Shown piece by piece: positions 26,801 through 37,171 of a stretch of 64,000 nt of DNA (position 1 is the first letter of the stretch; each line of letters begins with the position of its first letter). Below the pieces are notes generated by a model. The model did no database searches, was not told where the DNA came from, and saw nothing but the letters and a program-made list of their open reading frames with translations. The stretch comes from Blasia pusilla (Eukaryota), in NCBI GenBank assembly GCA_050084515.1, contig CM114271.1, forward strand, positions 42,036,001 to 42,100,000, given 5' to 3'. Both the position numbers and the translations under genes were made by a program.

Positions 26801-28279
26801 CAATGGAGAGGGATAATTCAAGGACTAGAATGAAAGGACAAGATTTGTACCCTGGACACAGCATCAGCATGGCTGCAGCCAAGTCCATCCACATACATAC
26901 GTGTCACTTTCTCTCTCATTTTTGCTAATATAAACGGTTTTTTGGCCTCTTTCCAAACCCGGTAATTATACTTGAACCAAGGGACAAAGTATTGCTCGCT
27001 GAATAACGAGGCATGCCGGTGCGCTCTGCGCATCCCATCTAATACTGCAAGAGACTGCTCCACCTGTTGTTTTCTAGTCTCTAAACCTGCATCCTATCGA
27101 AAAGGTTCTTGCCTATCCATCATCCACACAGCAGATAAGTGGTGGAATGCAACTCGACATCTCCAATATGTCGCACGATGTACCCTATCAGCAGGTACGT
27201 GGGAAGGGAGAAGCTTATGACCGGCCTCTATCCATCCCCTCACTATGGTTGTAGGGCGCACCAAAGCAATCTCCAATTCCTCCCTGGCCTTCTCAAACTC
27301 CTACACCTTGGCTAAGCATGTCCATGAGGTTTGCTGGAATTCTGCAATACGATGAGCTTCAAATGCAATCAGCAGATTAGTAAGTGCAGGCATGGGGACA
27401 TACGGCCCGGCAGCCCTTGTGGCATGGTCTTTGGCTTTGTTGAGGATAGCATTCTTCTTCTGCCGCTTCCGGTTAGCCCAACGTTGCAAGACTGTGCCTC
27501 TAAGTCTGACATTGGCATCAGAAGGATGTGTGTGAGTCCCTGCATAGAAGCGTGTGTGTGAGTCCCTGCATGGAAATCTGCAGTATGACAGAGATTCTGA
27601 CCCTTAAGCAAAACCAAGCAATTACATGAGCAAAACCAGGCAAGTACATGAGCAAAACCAGGCAAGTACATGAGCAAAACCAGGCAAGTACATGAGCAAA
27701 ACTAGGCAATTACATGAGCAAAACCAGGCAAGTACATGAGCAAAACCAGGGAATTACATGAGCTAAACCAGGGATTCAATCACATAGTGGACCCACTCTT
27801 ACCCTCATCTTCCTCGTCATCTTCTATGCCTTGAAAATCAACATCTAACTTCTTCTTCCCTATGATACGAGGTGTTCCAGGCACTGGCCTAAGCCAGTGC
27901 GAAGCAAGGTGGGAGTTGAAAGCTTCCGGCATGCGGAAAAATTCAATGCACTTGGAGCACAAGCAAACGTCTTTCGCTTGTGCTCTCTCGAAAGCAATAG
28001 TGGACCCACTCCCTTTGGATCCCTCCACAGTGATGTTTGGTAAGCCTGCTTTTGAGAGGGGGGTGGGCTTTTGCCCATAAACGCAGCAAACATGTTTAGA
28101 GGCTCAAGGTAGGAAAGCTCTTTCTCCACGTCTCCCTTGTAAAATGGGCCCCATGTAACAACATTATCAACCATACAAGTAAGCATAAAATAGTTACCTT
28201 GGTCATTGAAAGACAACATGCACATGATGGGATGTGATTTCTCAGGTGGAATTTTATTCTCCCGGATGAGAGCATACAC
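23900..28279 (-). CDS. Putative multi-exon accessory gene of the MULE, with a C2H2-like finger; function unknown
   Basis: Chain of minus-strand ORF blocks (28279-27780, 27489-26818, 26720-26379, 25981-25787, 25720-25415) separated by intron-like gaps. Contains CSKC...FNSHLASH. Convergent with the transposase. Exon boundaries not fully resolved and may be disrupted. Confidence 0.5.
23960..25225. repeat. 216-bp tandem array, ~6 near-identical units (exon+intron on minus strand)
   Basis: GAAAATGTCACCCATAC at 24021, 24237, 24455, 24671, 24887 and 25103. Confidence 0.97.
27608..27772. repeat. 22-bp minisatellite (~7 copies) in a probable intron
   Basis: CATGAGCAAAACCAGGCAA(G/T)TA repeated. Confidence 0.92.
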
Positions 28280-28397
28280 ATATTAGGTGTAGGCTTATGT
28301 GATAACTAGTAAATATGAAACTAAATAAAACGTGAAGAGCTAGACGCAAGGCAATGAAAATTCGCCATTCGGAATACCAGTATTCGTAGGACGTGTC

Positions 28398-28720
28398 CAT
28401 GACCGCCCAAACAACCCATCTAAAAAGTAGAAAGAGAAGCTTATGACCGCCAAGCTCAAGTCGTCTACAAGGTAGACGTGAGGCTTGCCCATCACCGCCC
28501 AAACAAGTCGTCTAAAAGGTAGACGACTGACTTGCCCATCACCGCCCAAACCCGTCGTCTAAAAGATAGACGACTGGCTTGCCCATCACCGCCCAAACCC
28601 GTCGTCTAAAAGATAGACGACTGGCTTGCCCATCACCGCCCAAGCCCGTCGTCTAAAAGATAGACGACTGGCTTGCCCATCACCGCCCAAGCCCGTCGTC
28701 TAAAAGATAGACGTGGGGCT
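28398..28720. repeat. 47-bp tandem repeat with internal 8-bp hairpin
   Basis: Unit GCCCATCACCGCCCAAACCCGTCGTCTAAAAGATAGACGACTGGCTT. About 5 good copies plus 2 degenerate ones. Confidence 0.92.
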
Positions 28721-28938
28721 TGTCATGATTCTCAGCTTACATGAATACTATCCCTATATTGAAGTGGTATATGTAGGTACTTTGGTATATGGTTTACGAC
28801 AAGAACTAGGCCTCAAAAAATAAACACAAACCCTAAATCTCCTAAACATTCCCTAGGATTTCAAGATGCAGAAGATTATCCTCCACCTGCAAGAAGATGA
28901 GTCAAGCACACCTCATTAGTCACTTAGTTGAATTCGGT

Positions 28939-30336
28939 CTACGAAGGAACACAACTTGTATGACGAAAGAGGATGAACACACATGCACTATGTGTTAAGA
29001 GCTTACCCCGAGCTAAATTCATAATGGCCAATGAGCTGATAACTTCGGATAAATCCACATGTTGGTCCTTTTCGAAGTGTAGTTGATCATCAATGTCAGT
29101 CTGGTCGATAAGGTAAACCCTTTTAGGAGTGACCCCAATCACCCAATCGGCTATCTGTTGTGATGCCTCCATTAGATTCTTGATGTCTTGAATCTTGTGG
29201 GCTGTCACCTTACCTCCCTCGTCACCAACTACAACAAACTCAGTGTTTCCTCTTTTCTGGAAATAGGAGTGAAACCAAACGTGATTTCCAACCAACCGTG
29301 CTTTCGGACTGAAAGCCACGTGGTACATAGCATCCCTAGCTGCCTGTTCTATGCAATGGTATGTATCTAGAGGGAACCCTAGAATGATCCAATCATCCAA
29401 ATAACTACTGGATAGTAGGTGTGTGCGTTTGCAAATAATATCTTCCAGATAGAAATCAGGGCATGAGTTTGTATGAATGATGGGGCTTACCCATGTTTCA
29501 ACCGACCCTTGATTGCCAAACAGGAAACGTGTAACATTTTCTGGTTTACTAACTAGCATATTCAAAGTCTGCATCCCATTTGCATCTAAGAAGTGGACAT
29601 TATTGGACATGATGCAAAACGAAGTACACTACAAGCCCTACAACTGAGGCAAATTCACATTCAAGACCTAGGTGGACGGTAGTGGCAGATTTGACAGCAA
29701 CAAGGAATTTGAACGCTTATGTGCTCCCCTGCAAAGAATTGCAAATGCTGGTAAGGAACTTGATCTGTGTGAGCCATATTTCTACATCAGGAAGACATAT
29801 TCATACCTACATCAAATATTTGGCTTTCTCTGGTCAGTTGGATCTGAGTGGAGATATCCTCTAAATATGCCTAGTATTTGTGCAGCAGAGATAGAAGGTC
29901 AACCCACTGGTAAACATATAATGAGACGGAGTCTGAATGACTATTTACCTTGTGTCTGTGCTCAAAGAAGTTCCACACGATGTACAATAGGCGACACGAT
30001 GGTTTGTATGGGCGCTGAAGAGAACAAAGACAGAAAACGTTCAGGTTTTCTTCTCACTAAAATAATTCATGACAGGGCAGCACAACCAAGATTTGCATCA
30101 TGCGCCCTACATTACTTGGGCAACTGAAAGTATTCATTCAAAGACGATTAAGTCGATATATCCCTCAAAACCGCATGTTTAGTAACCAGTTCAAACAAAG
30201 TTTGTATACTGCAAATAGATTCAAATATATTTCCATTTCCTGAAAAGTTGCCACACGTTGTACAATAGGCGACACGATGGAGATGTATGAACACCTGGAA
30301 AAATACAGAAACACCAACCTGGTAATTGTCGAACAA
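28939..30336 (-). CDS. Putative second accessory gene region of the MULE (223-aa ORF plus upstream exons with duplicated HRVAYCTxCG)
   Basis: Open 223-codon frame at 28939..29610. A 30-bp duplicated motif encoding HRVAYCT(T/S)CG lies at ~29973-30002 and ~30251-30280. Confidence 0.4.
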
Positions 30337-31879
30337 AGTTAGAAAGAGGAGAGAAGAGAAGAGAAGAGAACGGGCTCCTTAATTTAGTTCAACCTTTTCA
30401 CTAAAACTCGGTCTTCGTAGACCGCTGCACATTCCCTCTATCATGCTCAAGATTTATGACCGTCATCGTCGTGACGACAACGGCTGAGGTGATGTGCAAA
30501 GCGAAGTCGTGAAGTATAGAGAAATTCGAAGAAACGAAGTTTCTCGATCCCGCTTACATTTCACGGTTTCTAAGGAACTTTAGGTCCGACACTTTGGACC
30601 TAAAGTTGATGTCCGAACCTAAAGTATCACTACTTATCACTTTGGATCTCCTTATGCTCACTCTACCACAAACAGACTGCATGACTAGTAAGTTGAGGAA
30701 TTGGTGAGTTTGTGCTATGATATATCGAGAACAGAAATGGCTACAATTGAGGTTTGTAATTCATGCCATGTTTATCATGCATAGATCAATACTTTAGAGC
30801 AGAACTAGAATGCAGCGTGCATTGGGATGAAGTTGTTAATGACAGACCTAATCATCATGATCGCAAAGCATGTGCATGCCTTTCCTCGCGTCGGGGACAA
30901 GCAACGTAGAATTAGAAATGAAGCAAATTGAAGTAAAGCTTCTTAGATGCAGTTGCTATACACAGATCTGGACTTCCTGATTGTTGCTCAAGAAAGCCTT
31001 GAAGATGCTAGGGACCAGCCAAGTAGAAGTTCGCTGTTTCAGTGTTCATCTTGTTGAACACCTCACAAACAGTGTTCCAAGTCCATGGATATGTACTAGG
31101 CCATGTTTGGAAAAACAGAAACATCAACAAATCGAACGAGTGCACCCCTAAGGTAAAGTGTTGTAACATATCATGACCAATCATGAATTTGGAGTCTTTT
31201 GCTTCTATTCAATTGACTACTGGATAGGAGTGGGAGGAAAGAGTGAAAGTACTCATTTTCCCCAAAGAATAAATGGCAACCCAACGATAAGTAGGTTTTC
31301 TAGACAAGATCAAGAAAAAGAACAATCATCGATGCAAATGGAACCTCATGTAAGGCGAGAGACTTGGCGTTTGCATCGATTGTTCTTACAATGAAAACAG
31401 TGAAATGCATAGTATTGCTGGTATGTTAGGTGTTGTACCGAAGAATTTTGGGTTTGTAAACGCACATCAAAATCTCACCCATGCTAAGATAGAGCGACAC
31501 GACGACGACGACCGTCCTATACTCATGTTCATCGGGGAGAAGACGAAGGCACAAAGTGGAGAAAATTTGACTTTCAAAAGACTATCCAGGCAGCAAAAAA
31601 CGAGGACACCTATGGTCTTTTGAACGGAAAGTGGACTCCGAAATCTTGCCGATAATTACGTTAATATCACATCGCTCCAAATGTATATCAGTCGCTTATC
31701 AAAAAAGGAAGCAGTTAATCCACTTTGTGTAATCTACCATCTTCCTACTCTAATGTACTCAGGTAACAAGCCGCTTGGAGGCGGGGATATTGTCTCCAAC
31801 TTACACTCCAAATTATCCCGTAGGAACCGTTCAATGCTCAAAAGTACATTTCCTTAAACGCATGGCCGCGGCTATCTAT

Positions 31880-32450
31880 GGCTTTTGTCTTTGTCAGATC
31901 GAACAATTTTGGGTGCATCTTTGAAGTTCATCCTATGTATAACAAAGAAGCTTGAGAGGCGAAGGAGGATGAAGATGAAGACAACAACAATGGTACCACA
32001 AAGAAAGACAAACTTAGCATCAAGAAGAGAGGACTTCGTTCTGAAGCTCGAGCATAGTTTGCTACTACAGCGGATTTGGACATGGAGTTGCTTAGTCCCC
32101 TTCAGCAGCAGCGTATGAAGTATAAGCAAAGAAAACGGACCCTTCAGGGTCGGGAAGAGAGTGTAAGTCATGCATGGCTTTGAGTTTCAGAAAGGAGTTG
32201 ACATTGGAGATATGTCGATGTATTTCCTTTTTACTAAATGGAGGGGTCAATTCTCGGAGATGAAAGGATGCGGGTGCAAGCTTGTCCATAAAACTCTGCA
32301 AACTCGACAAATATGCCCACAATTCTCTGCAAATTTGATCTCACAGTGGCTTCATTTCTCTTCCTCACAAATAAAGTTCCGGACTGTAATGCATATTGCC
32401 CGTGACTTCTATGGCTCACGGTGTGACTCCCTAAGGACATAGAACACCGG
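31880..32450 (-). CDS. Putative further accessory ORF fragment near the right TIR
   Basis: Overlapping minus-strand ORFs 32092..32322 and 31872..32171 downstream of the right subterminal repeats. No recognisable domain. Confidence 0.25.
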
Positions 32451-32619
32451 CTAGTGAAATTCTTAAGTGTACTAAGAGAAGAGAATCAGCAACCTCATAA
32501 ACGGATGTCAATGTTGCTGGTGCTCGGGTCCAGAGATTCGATTGAATGACTGAGCGGCTGATCAAAGAAAAGAGGAGAAGAAAAGAGAATAGAAGAGAAA
32601 CACCAACCTCATAGGCCCG

Positions 32620-32960
32620 GAAGGCGATTTGTGGCAGAAGAAAGCTCTCCAGGCGGATTTGCGGATTTGTGGCAGGCCGAAACGAAGCTCTCAAGGCGGA
32701 TATGCGGATTTGTGGCAGGCCGAAACGAAGCTCTCCAGACGGATTTGCGGATTTGTGGCAGGCCGGGACGAAGCCCTCAAGTCAATCGTTGGGACCAATT
32801 CTGAAGTGATAGCGCATACAGCGAAGACCGAAAAACCTCAGCAAACCGAAAAGACGCACTGCATCGAAATAACGCAGCAGATCGCGGCGTAAACGCAAGC
32901 TCTCAAGGCGTATTTGCGCATTTGTGGCAGGCCGGGACGAAGCCCTCAAGTCGATCGTTG
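32620..32960. repeat. ~43-bp subterminal tandem repeat of the MULE right end
   Basis: GGATTTGCGGATTTGTGGCAGGCCG...GAAGC recurs about 5 times. Confidence 0.85.
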
Positions 32961-33884
32961 GGACCGAATAGACGCAGCAGACCCAAAAAATGCAGCAGAC
33001 CAAAAACACGCAGTAGACTGAAAAACGCAGCAGACTGGGTTTCGGGTTTGGCGTTCGGAGGTGAGGGTTCCGTCCGCTCCACCCCGCCGTCCGCTCCGCT
33101 CCGCCGTTCGTCCGTCCATCCGTGAGCTCATCCGTCCATCCGTCCAGCCGTCCGTCCGTCTGTCTGTCCGTCCGTCCACCCGTCCGTCCTCTGTCGGACT
33201 CCGTCCGCTGCCGGTATTACCGACCCTAATCCCGTGCCGAACAGCCTGCGCCTAAGGCCTAATCTACGCGGCCTTAAACGCATGGCCGCAGCTATCTATT
33301 TCTTTGGCCCTACCATTTCGAAAAGTTGAAAATGCAACAAATCTGTGATTTTCCAAGGTTTTGTTGTTTACATCGAGAAAGAGTATGTCTCGAATGTAAT
33401 AAAATATAAACATAGTCTATACCATAGAAACTAAATCATACGGAAATAACTTTTCGTTTTCTTATAGAAATTTTGTTAAGAGCATGAAGAAAGTAAAAAG
33501 TAGTCGTAAGGGGTAAAGAGTTTATAATTAAAGAAAAATAGATCGAAAATCGAAAATATGAAAAAAAATTAAATAAGAAAAAAGAGAGATAATTAGGCAA
33601 GCTATAAACATATCAGATTCAGACACCAATGGTTGTCGTCTGCAAATGGATGAGACCATGAGTGGTCTTCAAGGTTGCACATGGAAAAAGTCAATGTCTG
33701 CGTACTTATGTCCGTCCCTAAGACAAACACGTCCGTGCGGGCCTGGGTACCCGAGCCTGCCTCACCTATAAGGTAAACCCGCGTTCGGTAGCCCGCACCC
33801 ATTTTGTAACATGTACTAGGCCCGCACATGGCTCGCATTGGGCGGGTTTAAGGCTCGCGCAGTGCCCTTAAGGCGGGGTTAGGC

Positions 33885-34192
33885 CCTAGTTGCACAAAAA
33901 CGAACATGGACGGACAAGTCTGAACATGTCCACTAACATAGATTGCAAGAAGTGGGGCCCATATTTATAGTTCATGATGGAAGGCACAACAAGGTGAGTG
34001 GAGCAATAAGGAGGAAGGAAGTGGAGGTGGAGGAAGGAAGAAATAAAAAAGTATGGAACACAAAGGCAAGTCGGGGGAATGAGAAAGAAGAGGAAGGTGA
34101 GGCCTATATGAACAAGTCCTTGGATAGGTTTGATGTAAGTCCACAGAAATGGACATGTCTACGGATGCAGACTTTATCAACATGCAACCTTG
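33885..34192 (-). mobile_element. Nested hAT-type MITE, inverted
   Basis: Reverse-complement homolog of 1816-2132, ending TGCAACCTTG. TSD is degenerate (GGTTAGGC/GCTCAAGC). Confidence 0.8.
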
Positions 34193-34311
34193 GCTCAAGC
34201 TTGTATAGGGGCCCGCAACTCAGCCCGCAGTGTGTTGCTGGCTTGAGCCCACCCTGAAGGAGGGCCTAACTCACTTTACCATGGGTTGGTGTAGGCCGCG
34301 TGTGGGCTAGG

Positions 34312-34627
34312 CAAGGTTGCATGTGGCAAAATTCTATGTCCGTGGACATGTCCATGTCTGTCCTATGGAAGGACTTGTCCGTATGGGCCTCACCTTTCTC
34401 TTCTTTCTTATTCGCTTTACTTGCCTTTGTGTTCCATACTCCCCCATTTCTTCCTCCCTCCACCTCCACTCCCTCCTCCCTCATTGCTCCTCTCATCCTT
34501 GCCTTGCCTTCAATCATGGACTAAAGTTGTGGGCCCCATCTCTTAAAACCCATGTCCATGGACATATCCAAACTTGTCCGTCGATGTCCGTCCTAAGGAA
34601 GGAATTGTCCATTTTTTTGCAACCATG
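34312..34627 (+). mobile_element. Nested hAT-type MITE
   Basis: CAAGGTTGCA...TGCAACCATG with a perfect TSD GGGCTAGG at 34304-34311 and 34628-34635. Confidence 0.92.
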
Positions 34628-35790
34628 GGGCTAGGCAAGGGCTAAGAGCCCGCACTCCCGTTTGATTCGTGCCCTACTAGGCTGCCAAGCATGCATCCGT
34701 TTGCATGTCATGTGCATTTCTGTGCAACCTTGGTGGTCTTCATCCACTTTGGCTCCATGTATCAAAGTCATCGCTTTTGCATTTTATAATACCTTCTATA
34801 GACATTTATGATAATAAGTAATGAAAACAAAGAGAGAATGTCTAGAAGAAGGGACATTTTGTTTCTCAAGTGAAAGGTGAGTACATGTTTTGAGAAAACT
34901 ATTGAAAGACAAGTACCCAAATACTGTAAGTGTAGAAGGAATAAAGCCATGGATAGCATGGTTCATCGTCCATATAACTGAACTCATTGATCCTTGCCTC
35001 CTACCCCAAATTCTTTTCCATGCAACTCAACATTCCAAGTTAAAATGTGTAGGACGAAAAACCACTATATCTCCTAAGAGAAAAAAAGAAATTCCGATCC
35101 AATTATAGATCAGCTGGAAAATAGATGGTTCCTTGCATTGTTGAAGGTAGAACAACTTATTAATCTTGACTAGTGTTGTACCTTGAACTTAGAAGTACAA
35201 GCCATTGATTATATCTCTTCTCTAATCATATTATGTGAAATTATTCATTCTCTTCCATGTAGGCATCAAAGAAACTGGATACCTTTCCAATTCACCACGC
35301 CACATGTAAAGTATGCAACATCTATATGAGAGTTACGCCCAAGACGTAACTCTCTTATCTAAACATACTTTAAAAGAAAAAAAAGAAAGAATTAGAGGAT
35401 TCGTAAAAATCTCCTCTCTTGTGCTTATACATAAATGTAGATCATATAAGTAAGTGTCTAAAGTTTCCTTAGAGATAATGATTGAAATAAATTTTCTAAT
35501 CCGAAGTCTTGAAGATAAGCTCTTGAAGTCCAAGAAGTTCTTACATATTCAATTGGCCAAATGTAAGTATGAACTTTTGATCTGCTTTTATAGCAATTCG
35601 AAGAAGAGAAGAAGAATATTTCAATTTTATTGGAATGATTGATCTTCCATCCCTTAAGATCAATTTATCTCCTTGAAGGAACCTTTAAATCCCAACTTAT
35701 AATAGATATGACCAATTAAAACCCAATTTCCCAAAAAATCCAATGATATAGTGATTGTTAAGGAATTTCCATACCTTTAAAAGAAATAGG

Positions 35791-36107
35791 TGTAACATCT
35801 TTTAGGACGGGTCGACAAGTATGTGTAGGGCGCCTTCGAGAAGATCAGACTATAGCCTCAAGAGCCTAGGTCAAGGATGATTGGCTAAGGCCTATGATGA
35901 CATGAGAGAGTAAGTTTTAGGGTTTATTTGGAGCTATATTTAGGAACTTACTATTTTGGGTAAGTTCTTAAGTTCCTATTAAGAACATAGTGGACTTTCC
36001 ACCATAGTACTTTGACCCCCTATAGTAAGTGAAGAACCGAGGAAATAACCCACAAGAACAAGTCATCGGAGAGAGAGTTTAGGAGAGGGAAGGTGTATAC
36101 CGAGAGA
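35791..36107 (+). mobile_element. 5' part of an LTR (same family as 15988-16585), continues at 48451
   Basis: Starts TGTAACATCTTTTAG after a purine run. Shares GGAGCTATAT..ACTTACTATTTT.GGTAAGT and GAGAGAGTTT.GGAGAGGG blocks with the solo LTR. Confidence 0.7.
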
Positions 36108-37171
36108 CTGTACTCATTAAGTAGTGCACGTCGTAGCCTTGCGACCATAGACCCCGCGCCCTGGTTGGACGGTGCTTGAGACTGGGATGGGTGTAGAGAG
36201 AGAAGCAAGTGAAGAAGGTACCATATGAGAGGAGGGAGACACTCTCATATAGTGTGAGTGCTGACCAAACAACGTGTTTGTGCGGAGCTTCCAAGTGTCA
36301 ACCAAGAAACTCTTCACCACACAATCTACTTTACCTGATTGGGATCCCCAATAGACATTACTTACCAGTGTAGCGGCTTTGGGCAATGAATCAAGGCTAC
36401 TGAATGTGTTGAACAATTTTGGTGCTACCAGCTTAGCAATATCAACATATGCTCTTGCTCGGTGTGTTGTGAATTTTGCGCAGGAGACCAAGTAATGACT
36501 AGAGGTTTCGTCCCCATCGTCACACAAGGCGCAAGAGTTTAGTTGTGTTCCTATCCCGCTTTTCTTATGGTTCAAGGGATTGCCCGTCTTGAACTTGAAC
36601 TTGAGCCGGGTTCCCAAGCAAGGGGTTCCCCGCAAATAGTTCTTGATTCGCCATCTCGGGATATACCGTCAAAAGAGAGAGGTCGACATTTTCATGGCTT
36701 CCTCCATCTTTATTCTGCTTTGTGAGCGTTTGCCCACCGCTTTGGTTATGGTATCCACGAATGCTTTCTCATCTTGCTCCCCACATTCAGGCCTGTTGGG
36801 AGCTTGGATGCTTGCACAATCTCTTGAACCTTTTTGTCCAAGATTTGGCCCGCTTTTACGGGTCTTCTTTGGGTCAGTTTTCCCCATCACCTCTTTAGGA
36901 TAGCGATGGGAGTCCATTGTCTCCAACGCCTCCGCCATTTCAACTTGGCGATGCCACGTCTATCCTCCAAGGGTTCCACACCTAGTTCTGATCTCACACC
37001 AACGCGGGCTGTTCGTGATGAAGTTGACATCATACCCCGAAACGCCTTCAGGTGCACAGCTTCAAGCCTATCCCTTTGTTTGGTGTTGGCATCCCACACT
37101 GCTGCCCCGTATTCCAGCGAGGGACGAATGGTATGCAAAATGACACAGCGCTTTACTTCTGATGTGATGTC
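36108..37171 (-). mobile_element. LINE 3' half (RT thumb + C-terminal CCHC; L2/RTEX-like)
   Basis: VKRCVILHTIRPSLEYGAAVW...GVRSELG...KLKW, then RLKFKFKTG...CALC...HYLVSC. Confidence 0.85.

Larger units (their letters stand above)
18608..33299. mobile_element. Large Mutator-like DNA transposon (14.7 kb) with long TIRs and accessory genes
   Basis: 96-bp inverted repeats at 18608-18703 and 33204-33299 (7 mismatches by eye). GACG/CCGT subterminal runs at both ends. Encloses a MULE-SWIM transposase. Confidence 0.88.
33670..34732 (+). mobile_element. hAT-type MITE (outer element) containing two nested MITEs
   Basis: CAAGGTTGCACA...TGTGCAACCTTG perfect 12-bp TIR. Perfect TSD GTGGTCTT at 33662-33669 and 34733-34740. 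Confidence 0.92.
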
